Numbered from the stretch's first letter, positions 24,709 to 36,770 are shown. The stretch: 64,000 nucleotides of DNA from Perkinsela sp. CCAP 1560/9 (GCA_965644495.1 CBFFSA010000011.1:248001-312000), one strand, 5' to 3'. A program made the numbers and translations. Notes: a model not told the origin generated them from the letters alone.

Positions 24709-25341
24709 ATGTATTGCACGTTTTTCAACACCGCCGATGAGTTATCGCGACCCAGCAAAGTACGCGGGGCGATCCTACCGGGCGAATACAGCCTGGTGCA
24801 ACTCTTGAGTAAAGCAGAATTCTCAGAACCGTCCTGGAGTGTGCACACTCCAGCACGTCAGTGGGAGGGCGTAAAATGCAATGATGAGGATGAAATCACG
24901 GACCTAAATTGGGTGGCGGATTTCCACTCTGCCAGTTCTCCACGTATTAGAGGGGAACTTCTTTGGCAACACCTGCCCCATACATTGGTGCATTTTTTCG
25001 CGATGTTTCATGGGATATCGGGACCGGTAGACTTGTCGTCGTTGCCTCCTGCGTTAATCGAATTCAACATCGATATGAATCAGTTTGACGGATCGTTGGA
25101 CTTAACTAATTTGCCCCATAGACTTGAGATACTCAGTTTAGCGTACAATCTGTTTTCTGGGGAGATCGATCTGACACGTCTGCCAGCATCGATCCGTGAG
25201 TTAAGGCTAGCTGGCAATGACTTATGTGGGGATATAGATTTGACCAAACTTCCTGCGAGCTTGTCGGTACTAGAACTCTTAGGAAATCGCATCAATCGTC
25301 CTAAACATGTCCCTAAATTCGTTGATATAGGAAGTAGTTGA
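24709..25341 (+). CDS. LRR family protein (paralogue B2)
   Basis: Duplicate of 14696-15328 with about 27 aa differences. Confidence 0.9.
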   Translation: MYCTFFNTADELSRPSKVRGAILPGEYSLVQLLSKAEFSEPSWSVHTPARQWEGVKCNDEDEITDLNWVADFHSASSPRIRGELLWQHLPHTLVHFFAMFHGISGPVDLSSLPPALIEFNIDMNQFDGSLDLTNLPHRLEILSLAYNLFSGEIDLTRLPASIRELRLAGNDLCGDIDLTKLPASLSVLELLGNRINRPKHVPKFVDIGSS

Positions 25342-25875
25342 CCCAAAGTACTAAAGTAATTCCACATTTGAAGGCTGTCGAAGAGTTGCTAGTCGTCGAA
25401 GGAAGCGTTTTCAATAAAGTAAAAATTGATTACCCCTATTATATTGTTTTAAGGTAATATTTTTTTAAGGTAATATTGTTTTAAGGTCTGCTATTAGGCT
25501 TCTTCATGACTTTGTACAAATCACTGAGAATCACGTATTGACACGTAACACATGGAAAACTCACAAGTGCGCTCTTACTTTCCGATTTAATTCTTAATTT
25601 CCACAATTTAATTATTGTTTCAAATACTCGAACATAGTGGCGGGACGGCAAATAATTATTCCTTCGCTAAGCGTACATACATACAGTACGTATGTAGAGT
25701 TGAGGTGAGTCCTTTTGCGTAAGACTAGTTCGTATGCGAGTTTACTAATATACTTAGTATGCGAAGCCTACGAAATACAACTTTGGTGTACAAGACAGCA
25801 TACAAGTCATTTTTGCTCAACGTTTTTCCTCTCTTTTTCACTATATACGCTCGTTGTCTCTCCGATGCTATCCAC

Positions 25876-26298
25876 ATGGCACGCACCGTAAAGTACTTCT
25901 ACCGTACCCGAGCCCGGGCCTTCTTTGGTCGTCTCCCACTGGGTCGTATTGAGAGGGCGCTCGCGATGGAGTACTGCAAGGAGGGCCGTATGCAGCCATG
26001 GAGCTACTCGAAGGAACAGGTCCTGGGGGCCCCGGTGACCTTATCGGTCGCCTACCAACCCAAACCACTGCGTCTAGTGGGAACCATAATGGACACTTAC
26101 CGTGATGAGACCCACTTAAACGGCGGTCTGAAAGTATTTTGCAAGTATGAGGAGACCAACATGATGCTTTGGGTGCCGCTGGCAAATCCAAAGATTAAAG
26201 TGGAGATTAGCCCCGCGACAGGGACGTTCGAGCATTTTCTAGAGGACAGGGATCGCTGGGATGAGGCGTTTATGTCCGGGAAGGCACGGCTGAAGTAA
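25876..26298 (+). CDS. Kinetoplastid-type mitochondrial ribosomal protein, probably bL19m
   Basis: AFFGRLPLGRIERALAME...PW..SKEQ..G.P...Y.P.P.RL.GT.MD...GGLKV...EE.NMMLW.P..NPK...GKARLK closely matches my recollection of trypanosome bL19m; needs BLAST confirmation. Confidence 0.75.
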   Translation: MARTVKYFYRTRARAFFGRLPLGRIERALAMEYCKEGRMQPWSYSKEQVLGAPVTLSVAYQPKPLRLVGTIMDTYRDETHLNGGLKVFCKYEETNMMLWVPLANPKIKVEISPATGTFEHFLEDRDRWDEAFMSGKARLK

Positions 26299-26552
26299 GA
26301 TGCAGCAAACCGACGGTGCAAAGTGCATCTATTCGCCACGCTGTTACGGAGGCTCGTTGTTAGTGCATCGACTTTAGACCGTAAATTCATAAACCATGCT
26401 TAACGTGTACGCTACACGTCCGAGACACCAAATATTTTAGAGTGCACCAGATCTTTTTTTTTCGCAGTTTTGTCATCATACCTTACATTTAGAGATGTGA
26501 AAAGGGAAATTAAACAATCCAAATCATCTTTTACTTTTCCCTTTTTTCGATC

Positions 26553-27176
26553 ATGAGCGATTCCCATTCACCCCCCTCTGCAACCGCCTCCACGCCTGTA
26601 TTCGGTGCCGAAATACCCCAGGTAGAAGCCATGGCTCGTTTTGTCGACAAACTTATTAACCCACATAAAACCTGGCAGGTGTCGAATCCGGCATGTTCCT
26701 GGCGTGGGGTTCACTGCGACCAACACGGGAAGATCTCGGAGATACGCTGGGAAGACGTGCAGACGAAACTCACGGGGGTGTTGCAATGGCCGTATCTCCC
26801 ACGAACCACAAAGGTGTTTACGCTTTATGTGTACTCAGAGGGACGACTACCGCTGACTGGGTCCTTGCCCTGCGGTGCGCTTCCTCCGGGGCTGAACGAG
26901 TTTGTCCTAAGTAACACAAATTCGGATGGTGGGTTGTCTCTGGAAGAGCTGCCGCGGGAGATACGATCGTTCGACGTGCATGACAATAAATTCAGTGGCA
27001 CAGTTGATCTTCGTGCGCTTCCGGAAACTCTTGAAGAGTTATTTCTAAACGACAATGGACTTGAAGGGTTGGTAGATGTTACGAAACTTCCAAAGAAGAT
27101 GAGCGAACTCCATTTATATGCTACCGATCTTGCAATTCCGAGCGACATGACTATTCCGGAATGTGTTATGATTTAA
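26553..27176 (+). CDS. LRR family protein
   Basis: NPHKTW....PACSWRGVHC cap and LRRs. Confidence 0.9.
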   Translation: MSDSHSPPSATASTPVFGAEIPQVEAMARFVDKLINPHKTWQVSNPACSWRGVHCDQHGKISEIRWEDVQTKLTGVLQWPYLPRTTKVFTLYVYSEGRLPLTGSLPCGALPPGLNEFVLSNTNSDGGLSLEELPREIRSFDVHDNKFSGTVDLRALPETLEELFLNDNGLEGLVDVTKLPKKMSELHLYATDLAIPSDMTIPECVMI

Positions 27177-27592
27177 CTGAGGGTTGCCATACGCACACTG
27201 ATTGGTTCGACATCAAAGTTGCGTTCTACGATGTGTTTCGCGCAGAGCGCGTGTCGTTATGTGTATACTTATGAAATTAGTTTCTTAGACTTGTACAAAG
27301 CAATATATGTGTAGGTGTACTTGTTATGTTGTAGACCTCTCCGACTGGTTACGGGGACGCAAGGCCGCACCAAGGCTGCTTACACCAATGACAAGGCTTT
27401 CGCAGTCCCATTGGGAGGGTTGCTCGGAGCATTTCCTACGCTCAATTGTAGATCTGACGATATCTTCCGAACTGATAATCCGTTCTTTAGTTTTTCTATA
27501 ACAAGCCTACGTAGATCACTGGGTGCACTGCGCATAGTGCAATGAAACGCAAAGTAAACAAAGAGAATCTTACTCCATTTGCTATACTTTTT

Positions 27593-28896
27593 ATGCGCAG
27601 TACACCCAGTGATCTACGTAGGCTTGTTATAGAAAAACTAAAGAATGGATTATCAGTTCGGAAGATATCGTCAGATCTACAATTGAGCGTAGGAAATGTA
27701 AGTAATATTAATAAAAAATACCTTCCCAACTTAGTTAAGAAACGAAAAACAGGTCGCCCTCGCAAGCTTACCGAGGCATGCTCGAATCGCGTCCGCCGCC
27801 TTATCACCAGCGGAGGAACTAAGGATGCAGTCGCTACTAGTAAACGGTTAAGAGATGAGGGAGTTGCAGGTATTTGACCTCAAACCATTCGGGTTTCCCT
27901 TCGGAAGCGTGGTTTGAAGGGGAAGAAGAAATTACGGAAGCCCCACCTCACGAAGCGTCACAAAGCTCTACGTCTTGCTTTTGCAAAGAAGTACGGGCAT
28001 TGGACGCACGCCGACTGGAGCCGTGTGCTCTTTACCGATGAAAGTCAGATCTGCCGTTTTGAGTCGAATGGCGGCCGGTGGGCGTGGGTGAGCTTTGGGG
28101 AAGCACTTTCAGAGCGAAATACTCACAGCACCGTGAAGTACGGTGGAGGATCCATCATGGTATGGGGGTGTATGATGGCTCACGGCGTGGGCCCCATTGC
28201 TCTGTTTCATGGCAACATGAATGTTGACCAGTATGTTCAAATACTTCAACAGTATTAGCCTCCTTCCCTTCACAAGTTGGATGTCATGAAGGACTGGATC
28301 ATCTTCCAACAAGATAATGATCCAAAGCACATGAGTAAGAAGGCTCGGGAATTCCTTCGTTTGGAAGAATTATGTGTCCTAAACCGGCCCCCACAGTCTC
28401 CCGATTTAAATCCCATAGAGCACCTATGGGGCGAGCTCAAAAAGTCAACTGCGAATCACCCAGATCCTCCGGTAGGAATGTTGGAACTTTGGGAACGCGC
28501 CTAAAAAGCGTGGGCAGACCTTCCTCCGAGTGCATGTCTTCCTCTTGTCCGCAGCATGCCCCGTCGTTTAAGGGCAGTAATTAGGGCGAAGGGGGGACTT
28601 ACGAAGTATTAAGCTTTGGTCATTTTGGTTTGGTAAGGGTGAAGTAAGACAAAGTTTTGGTCAAAAAAAAATAATCTGAAAAAAGTGAAAAAAAGTGTTC
28701 AAGTGTTGGTCTCGCATTATATCTTTCATAGTCTTTTATAGTAAGATCGTTGATGAAGTCTAAGTACGTGGGAATGTAAGCACTACTCCAGCCTACACCA
28801 CTATAATATACTACTGCATTATCCTCTACATCTCTTTTGTAAAATATTAAAGCATTAAAATTTGTGAAAACATTTGAACACTTTTGTTAGTTACTG
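27593..28896 (+). mobile_element. Tc1 (DD34E) element, transposase pseudogene, left TIR missing
   Basis: Single frame 27593-~28612 with 3 nonsense codons: FTDES, QQDNDPKH, PPQSPDLNPIE (34-aa D-E spacing), GGLTKY. Right TIR ...TTTGTTAGTTACTG|TA ends at 28896. Confidence 0.9.
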
Positions 28897-29111
28897 TAGT
28901 TATGAAGTTAGTTTCTTAGAGTTGTACAAAGCACGCCTCTTTTTTAAAAAAAATAGCCAATATTTTTACGGCGCTTTCCACGCACAGTAATGCCCCGAAG
29001 AAATTTTCCTTGGCATTTAGGCTATCGCCCTATTAAAAGGGGGTCACGTGTAGCCCTTCAATAGTATTCCATAGTGGAGGGCTGGTATAAATTACAAGTT
29101 GTTTTTTCATC

Positions 29112-29425
29112 GTGTACTGCATTTCTTTCCGCTTTGCGGGCGTGTCTCGAGCAGGTAAGGTACGTGGCGGCACCTTGCCGCAAGAATACATTTTATGGCA
29201 GAATTTAGGTAATGCGGTTCATAAAGAGACATCCTGGACCAGTCAGACGCCAACCTCTAAATGGAAGTATGTTTCATGCAATGCCCACAACGAAGTAACT
29301 CACTTGCTATGGTCATTTGACTTACTTTTGTCCGAATGTCAGACACTTCAGGGTAAGCTCGTTTGGGAAAATATGCCACGCACATTGTTGCATTTCGAAG
29401 CTAAGTATCAGGCATTGTCTGGCCG
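29112..29425 (+). pseudogene. 3'-truncated LRR family gene
   Basis: GKVRGGTLPQEY motif and cap; homology stops after YQALSG. Starts at GTG where paralogues have ATG. Confidence 0.85.
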
Positions 29426-31240
29426 CGGGATGTGTGCATTCGCGCATCACGTTTTCTCGCGCTTTATCATTTCAAAAGAGCTCTGCATCCTGAATACTAC
29501 CTCAAAAAATACCTACACCGGACCCACTATTTTCGACCGTTTGGCGCCAACCTCCAGGTAGTGTCTACACCCCCGCCATTGCAGAGGGGGTGGTCGAGGG
29601 GTCACCACCAGTGACCTTGCAAAAGTCTTCTGTGGGTAACACAGGTTGCACTGGGTAGCACAGCGCACACAATATCACACTGGGTAACTGCAGTATCTCC
29701 ATAGAGAGAACTATGAAATCGTAAACAGCAAAGCAGAAATAAGAGAAAGTAAATAGACTTCTAGGCCTGACAATAAACCAATAGGAGAGATCAATTGAGA
29801 AATTCGAAATAGTCGTAGGCTTTATTTCATTTAGGAATTTTGAGCATGGCGTTTGCGCGAGGTCGGGATTGGTGTCCCTTTTTCGGTGCAACTTTCGATG
29901 TCCTCTATTTCTTTAAAAGTCCCGTCCATGTTGGCCTTCGTCAGTGTCTCAAAGATTTCTAATTGGATGTAGTGGAGGAGAACCGTTTTCATCGCGCGGT
30001 CAAAACGGAGCTTGGAAGAGTGCAAGGTATGCACTAAACGGATCGTACGTGCCATTAGTCAAGGATTCTTCCTGGAGTTTGAGCTTAGGTTCCGTCATGA
30101 GGACCAATGACTCAGGATTTTCAATGCGGAGTTTCCCTTCGGTATAGTTCTCGCGCATTTGGTCACAAGCTATAAAAGGGGTCTTTCGTGCTGCGAGAAT
30201 TTTACACCGATACCCCAATGAAGCCTTCAGACGCTTGAAGCTCAATCCAAAGCTTCTTACATAGATCAGCAGGGTTCAAGGCCCTTTCATCAGTAGGGTT
30301 CAAGATGCCTTTCTTTCCGGAGATTCCATTGCCGCTGAGTTTACTTGCCCTGCAGGAGGATTAGCTTTCGTTATATCCACATGGTCGTTTACCTGCTTCA
30401 ATACAGTTTAAAAGCGAGCGACGTCTTCCGGAGACCAAGAAAGCCGAGCAGCAATCGCATTACAAAAATTTAGTCGCGATGGTTCTTCGCTTGACATGTC
30501 TAGGATCATTTCAATGCTTTAAAAAAATTGGCTACACAAGGTATCTAAAATGCGGCAAGCAGTGGGAGTGAGCATTAAAACATTGATCTCCGTTGCCAAA
30601 AGCGAGTCGGGTAACGCCCCCTGAATTCATACCAGGAATAAATCCGCCTATATTTTTCCCACCATGTGCTGTATTCGTAACGCGCGGCGTATGGGCGGGA
30701 TTGTTGATTACGTGTGGCGTAGGGGTACCAGGAACTTAGTCGAATTGCGACTTCAGTACGACAAAAAATAATTATCATGCTTGGAGAACAACTTGCTCTG
30801 CCGGTACGAGCGATATTTCCAGGAAAAGATTCTTCCACATGACAAGTGACGAGCCTCCCTTCACAGAGCGCGAACGAGGGCCTGCGTGCTAGAAATATGA
30901 GAAAGGGTGCCGACGATCATTTGCTCGTTCGTCCGGCGGAGGCAAATTTAAACAGAATGACGTTTTTGATAAAATTTAGTTTTTCTTAATACATCCATAT
31001 GTACATGTTCACCTACATGTACGCCTTCGCAATACGATGTATGTACACATCCACACGTACTGTCAGTAAAATACCGAGGGGTATGGTAAGCTGGTTTATT
31101 CCCGCTAGCATACAACGTAGAATACGTAATTAATAGCCTTTCAAATCGCAAAGATTAAAGTCATTAGAGAAGTATGATTATGATCTGTTGACAGCTTAAT
31201 TCAATATTAAGCCTCAACTCCTCCCCTTTGTTGGTGTGCT

Positions 31241-33226
31241 ATGACGGAATGCAAGGATTTCAGTATTCGTCGGGGAGTAGAAATTCTCCCTTTCGGTTAC
31301 CAAATGTGTATCATTGTGTTGCTACCTATTCTTTTCAGGTACGGGTGGTACGTCGTTCAAGATTATCCGAATGTCTCTGTAAGGCTTGACTATTTGATCA
31401 ATCCGATAGACCTTCGTCCGATGCTAAAAGTCACGTGGATTTTCGACCTTTTAGAACGTCTCTCTCTTCATGAGGTGCTTATCTGCACATTCATGGGTAG
31501 TTTTCTTCTTCATCGGGCTCTACAACGCAGAAAAGAGTTATCTGATGTTTTATTGCAGGCTGTAGATTCCCCTGGAGAGGTGTCCGTTGCCACTCGATTG
31601 CTCTATTTGACTTTGACGTCTCACTTGCTGAGATACCTTACACATAGAGAGATGTTACGTTCCCCTCTGGAAGAATGGGGCTGTTCTATCCAAGAAAATG
31701 CTTGCGAATCTTTCGACGTGGAAGAATACTTTCCCAGTCTTGACTCTTACATTGGACCCCTTAGTCAATATCCAGAAAGCTTCATCCGTCACATTTCAGC
31801 AATCGGATGTGTCATGCTGGTTCCATGTACTGGGATTCTAAGTTCAATCGCATTTTCGCTCTTGGCAGCCACACTGTACGGATTATTGCGTCACGGTTTA
31901 CACATGTCTGAAAGGCATAATCTCTTACGGTTCTGGCTGCATTGTAGCTTTTTTAACGCCATCTACGAAGTCGCATTATTTTTTCTGTCCAGTCCAGTAA
32001 ACTCATTGATTGAAGAGGTCAGCGATAGTGAAAGCCTTCCAGCAATCGTACACCCAACATGGGGTTGGTATGAAACAATAGTTATCAGTTTCCCTATTGT
32101 ATTTCAACTGTGGTACAATTATCGTTTTGGTCCCAATTGCGCAGAAGTTGAAGACACAGGCGACGATGGAAAGGTAAATGAGGACTCCCCACAGTCAACT
32201 CTCGCGAAAACGGAGAACGCGGTTGAAACGGATTATTTAGCTTACCCCACGGATAATGCCTTCCCCATTAGGTCATTGGAGCCCACATCGGTTTCTGATA
32301 GCGAGTACTCCACAACTCCGTGTCCTGAACAACCCATGCCCCCTATCCGCTTATTGGATGCCTTTTATTCTTTATGGCAGTTCATGCGGTGTACTCTGGT
32401 TGCGTACTTTACTACCGCACTCGTTGTCCTGATATTTTCGGCTGTCACCGTTTTGTTGCCCTTTGTGACAGGATTCATCTACGTTATTTTTCTGTTTGTT
32501 TGGTATCCTGCTGCTTTATGTGTTCTAAACATGGACTTCATTGTGGTAGCGAGTGGTTGCGTTAGCTTAGCTCTGCAATTTGTTTTGCAGCTCCGATCGA
32601 TCGATACTTGCTTGTGTTTCATTTTACTCTTGCTTGTCACGGTACTCTTTGCGGAACTCGTTCACCTTGCAAGAGGGCTACACACCCATTATTCCCTTTT
32701 TATTGTTATCGAATGTTTCATCGCTTTCCCGTTAGTGTTAAGCTGGACAACTTCAGTATTCAAGGAGTATTCTGTTCTGCCGTTCTTAAAAGAGAGTATA
32801 GGAATGGTTGCTTTTCCAATGGAATGTTCGGCTGAGTCCTCTTTAATGTTAAACTTCTTGTACATTTACAGCGCTATTTTGGGCCTTCTTACCTTTGTAC
32901 ACGTACTTAGTTCATATTTCCTCAGGCTCCCGCAATTTCCTACCTATACATTTCTAAAGAAGGAGCTGTCGATATCACTCCTCAAAGTGATTTGTATGTC
33001 ACTGTTATGTACAGGGTTTGCGTATTTTTCGCAATATTTTTCGCAATATGTGTTTTCGATTCCTGATCTCGGAATCTTGCTTCTGAATATATGCCACGGC
33101 TTTATGTTGCTAGGCATACAAAGAGAAAGACAAGAAGATATCCGCAATGCACTTTCCCGTATGTGTGGATACCATCGAGCACCTTCATCTCGAAGTCATC
33201 AAATGCACTACTCCGAACTCATGTAA
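31241..33226 (+). CDS. Multi-pass membrane protein of unknown function
   Basis: 661-aa ORF with many hydrophobic segments in two blocks separated by an acidic loop. Confidence 0.75.
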   Translation: MTECKDFSIRRGVEILPFGYQMCIIVLLPILFRYGWYVVQDYPNVSVRLDYLINPIDLRPMLKVTWIFDLLERLSLHEVLICTFMGSFLLHRALQRRKELSDVLLQAVDSPGEVSVATRLLYLTLTSHLLRYLTHREMLRSPLEEWGCSIQENACESFDVEEYFPSLDSYIGPLSQYPESFIRHISAIGCVMLVPCTGILSSIAFSLLAATLYGLLRHGLHMSERHNLLRFWLHCSFFNAIYEVALFFLSSPVNSLIEEVSDSESLPAIVHPTWGWYETIVISFPIVFQLWYNYRFGPNCAEVEDTGDDGKVNEDSPQSTLAKTENAVETDYLAYPTDNAFPIRSLEPTSVSDSEYSTTPCPEQPMPPIRLLDAFYSLWQFMRCTLVAYFTTALVVLIFSAVTVLLPFVTGFIYVIFLFVWYPAALCVLNMDFIVVASGCVSLALQFVLQLRSIDTCLCFILLLLVTVLFAELVHLARGLHTHYSLFIVIECFIAFPLVLSWTTSVFKEYSVLPFLKESIGMVAFPMECSAESSLMLNFLYIYSAILGLLTFVHVLSSYFLRLPQFPTYTFLKKELSISLLKVICMSLLCTGFAYFSQYFSQYVFSIPDLGILLLNICHGFMLLGIQRERQEDIRNALSRMCGYHRAPSSRSHQMHYSELM

Positions 33227-33591
33227 AACTGGATTGTATTTTCGCATTTATCAGGAAAATGGGGTCCATAATTATGGCGTGCACTTTTTACCGCGGTGAT
33301 GCGCACTTTTGACTGATGCGAATGACGGAATATCATATCGCCACGAAAATCCCATATGAACGAAAATCCACGTATGGAACGTATCGAGCGATTTTGATAC
33401 TATTATGACGCAAAAGTACAGTAGCATTCCTCCACTATGTACAGGATTATTCTTTGTATAATACAAGAAACTTTACACACAAAGTCAGTGTATTTTATAC
33501 TTTATGTAACTCCTGACAAATAATGAGGTAAATTCAAAAGTTAAGAAAGAAATCCGTGTAGTTTGTCTCTGTTTTTACACCTTTCCCCGTC

Positions 33592-34311
33592 ATGATCACA
33601 CCACGTTTTATCGCCCAGGACCCGCCCCGTCGCGCTGCCAAGGTCCGTGGTGCCTCTCTCCCCCAGGAAGTCCTACTCTCCCAACTTATACACAACATCT
33701 CGTATTGCCCCGAAGCTTGGAATTCAACAAACTCGGTTCACGCGTGGCCGGGTGTCATGACCGATATTGCCGGGGATGTGCTATGGCTGGAATGGGGAGC
33801 CATGGGACTCGACGGGACTCTGGCCTGGGAGGCGCTACCCCAAAGTCTCGCAAAGGTGGATCTCACGGGAAACTTCCTCAAGGGGGAGGTACCATTAGAA
33901 GTTCTACCCCGCGATCTACAAGATTTTCATATTGCGAAGAATTCCTTTCACGGTGATCTGCGTATCGCCGAGCTTCCACGCACATTGCAAGTGCTGGATG
34001 TCTCGGATAACTGCTTCGGCGGTACGCTTTCCTTGGAGGCGTTACCTCCGACACTAACGCATGCATATGTTAGTATGAACCAGTTTACTGGGGTAGTAAA
34101 CGTCGAAGCCTTGCCTTCGACTCTTCAAGATCTCTATTTAGGTGGAAACGACTTTTTTGGAACACTCGATCTCCGCTCCACAAATCCCGGGACTGTCATC
34201 AATCTCTCGGTGAACCGATTTGACACGATTCTTCTAACAAAGGAAAATAAAGCGAGTTTTTATATTGGCACTCAACCGCGCGGTCTGAAAATAGTTGAAT
34301 ATGAAGGGTAG
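33592..34311 (+). CDS. LRR family protein
   Basis: RAAKVRGASLPQE motif, W.GV cap and about 6 LRRs. Confidence 0.9.
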   Translation: MITPRFIAQDPPRRAAKVRGASLPQEVLLSQLIHNISYCPEAWNSTNSVHAWPGVMTDIAGDVLWLEWGAMGLDGTLAWEALPQSLAKVDLTGNFLKGEVPLEVLPRDLQDFHIAKNSFHGDLRIAELPRTLQVLDVSDNCFGGTLSLEALPPTLTHAYVSMNQFTGVVNVEALPSTLQDLYLGGNDFFGTLDLRSTNPGTVINLSVNRFDTILLTKENKASFYIGTQPRGLKIVEYEG

Positions 34312-34428
34312 GAGGTCAAGATGAGATGTTTATCGCGTTGGTTATATAACTACCGCTCTGACCTCAATTATTGAAAATGAATAAAAATCGTGCAAAAAAA
34401 AAGAGGAACTCAGTAACTCATGCATGTA

Positions 34429-34738
34429 CCGTAGACCCCACCGAGTAATAGACCCCACCCCCCCAGTAACAAGGATTTGACCCTTTTTCGGCTGACGCCC
34501 AGTAACAAGGATTTGTCTAGGGAGGGTCGTTGGAGGGGGGGTCTCGACGGGTAGGGGTGGCTGGGCGGGGTGAGGGCGGTTGCGAGGAAGCGAATGGCGT
34601 GTTTGCGGGGTTGGATGGGCTGAAAATCAACGCACTCATTAACAAAAAAGTCCTTTTTCACCCAAAAAGTATACCCCCCAATAACCAGGAAGTCGTCATT
34701 TTGGCTCAAAATCGATTCTATTACTGGGGGATATACGT
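34429..34738. mobile_element. pogo-like MITE (imperfect TIR, TA flanks)
   Basis: TA|CCGTAGACCCCACCGAGTAATAGA ... TCTATTACTGGGGGATATACGT|TA; internal CCCCAGTAACAAGGATTTG repeat. Confidence 0.5.
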
Positions 34739-35759
34739 TAAATGTATATTGTCGAAAGTACCATGCGTTACTTAATTGCTCTTAATTACCGTTGTTCCTA
34801 ATTGCGGTTAATCTATTTAAGATTCAACTAACATTTTCGCCATCCAACGCGGCAACGCTCACATGCTGAGAGCGGCCTCAGGGGAGCAGGACGGTGGGCG
34901 GCGCGGGTAAAGGGGGCTTTGTGGTGACTGTATTTCTCTGAACATTTTTATTTGCCGACCAATATATTTTTTATGCGCCATGTGACCGGAATATCAGGAT
35001 GCAGAAAGCCTCCTGGGCGAAGAATAGATCGACTGGCATTCCTCGTGCAACGTGGAATGCGCCAACATGTTGCGACACAGTATCAGATAATTGTATTACG
35101 AGGGGCTTGGGAACATTATAGCTCAGATTATGACTTAAACCGGGGGTCAGTCTAATATTAGGATTGGAAATGCTAATATTAAGATTGGAAAGATGCTAAT
35201 ACTAAGATTGGACACGAATCTTAATATTAAAGTGACATCTTAAAGTGTCCAAAAAATGAATCTTAATATTAAAGTGTCGTCATTTTTACAGTATTTACTG
35301 TATTTTGATGCGAATCTGAGGGCTACGGGGAACGCAACGATGATGCGGATACCACTAGGAGAAAGCGGCAACGAACTTTCGAATCTAGCGGGTATAAGAT
35401 GCGCGATATTGATGATTCATTGTTATCGTTTCATTGACATTGAAATTCGTTGCGGTCAATGTATACCCGATTTTCCCTATTTACGGAATTTCTTAATTTC
35501 GGTTAACCGATTTTAGGTTAAATTTTAATAAAATCAACGAAACTTTCACCGTTAACCGTAATTAAGAAATTCCGTAATTACCGTAGAAACTTCAATTAAG
35601 GGTAATTAGAATTAAAGCAACTTTAATTAAGGCAATAATTAATGTTTTGTCATTTTGCGGCAACAATTAGGAAAAATGCAATTTAATAATTCCGTCTCAG
35701 ACTTCTCCTTTCAATAGTCGTTCAATGATTTTTAGCTTGCGCGCAGAAGGTACGCAAGT

Positions 35760-36200
35760 AGCCCAAACGGTTGCGGTGACGACTCGAAAAAATAACTTAT
35801 CCGAAATTTTAATGTAAGTAGTACCAGATCGCACTGCTGGTTCTCTTGTCCCCGGAATTACAGAGCTAGCCGCAGGAGAACGTACCAGAATTTGGACAGA
35901 CGACGCTCGTCACAATATTCGTCTCGGGCAGAACTACAAGTGGGAAAGCGTCAACCACCGTCAACAGTGGGTCACAGAGGAAGGTGTGCATACAAACACT
36001 GTGGAGTGTGCGAACTCAATCGTCAAGAAGCGTTCAAAGCGTGAAGGTGGTGTGTTGGACAGGAAAGCCGCCCGGAGAGAAGATCGGGTACAGGCCTACG
36101 CAGAGCAAGGAAGCGGAAGTTTGAAGTGTAATGGGGGGGATGCTTTGTTGCGCGTGCTTGAAATTTTTAAAAGACCATTGCGCTTGCGTATATGTATAGT
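35760..36200 (+). mobile_element. Merlin/ISXO2-like transposase fragment
   Basis: VPDRTA.SL...IWTDD...VNH....VTEEGVHTNTVE motifs. Confidence 0.8.
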
Positions 36201-36770
36201 GTCCGCTTTTTTAGTCCAAAGTTGTCAGTGTTTACACATTTTTTGAGCAATTTTTGAACAGATTTATGAAAAAAAACGAAAAAATCGAATTTTGCTTCAG
36301 TTTAGCCCCTTTCAATGATCGTTTTAGCTTTTCTCTCACACGTTGAACTGGTTGACGACCATAAAGGGGGGCAAAACAGGCGAAGCTCGTCTAGAAAAGT
36401 TCAAAAAACACGATAAATGATCAGAAATTGAACATTTTTAACATAAATGTGATATTTATGCTACAAACGACAGTATTTACATAGAATTTTTTCGGGCTTT
36501 TAGAGGGCTCAAACCACCTGGGTTTGCCTGGGTTCTCTAATTTTCTATATTGTATTAGGCAACTCAGTTTCTTCCATGACGAAAAGCACAGTGTATTCTT
36601 TAATGCTTTTTTCGCAAAATAAGTAACTTATTTTTCTTAGATTTTGTATTTATCCTGAACATACCACAATAGAATGCTACATCTATGATCTTCCGCCTGA
36701 CGACGATGAGTTTGTCGTAAATGAGTTTTCCTCTCCGGATTCCGAGAAATATGTCTCCCTCAGAAAATGG

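Noticed and set aside
27593-28612. Stop-codon reassignment (Blastocrithidia-like), since TGA, TAG and TAA all interrupt one reading frame
   Set aside because: Long host genes (CDC48, M16, CWC22) contain no in-frame stops and host genes end at all three stop types. These are nonsense mutations in a dead transposase.
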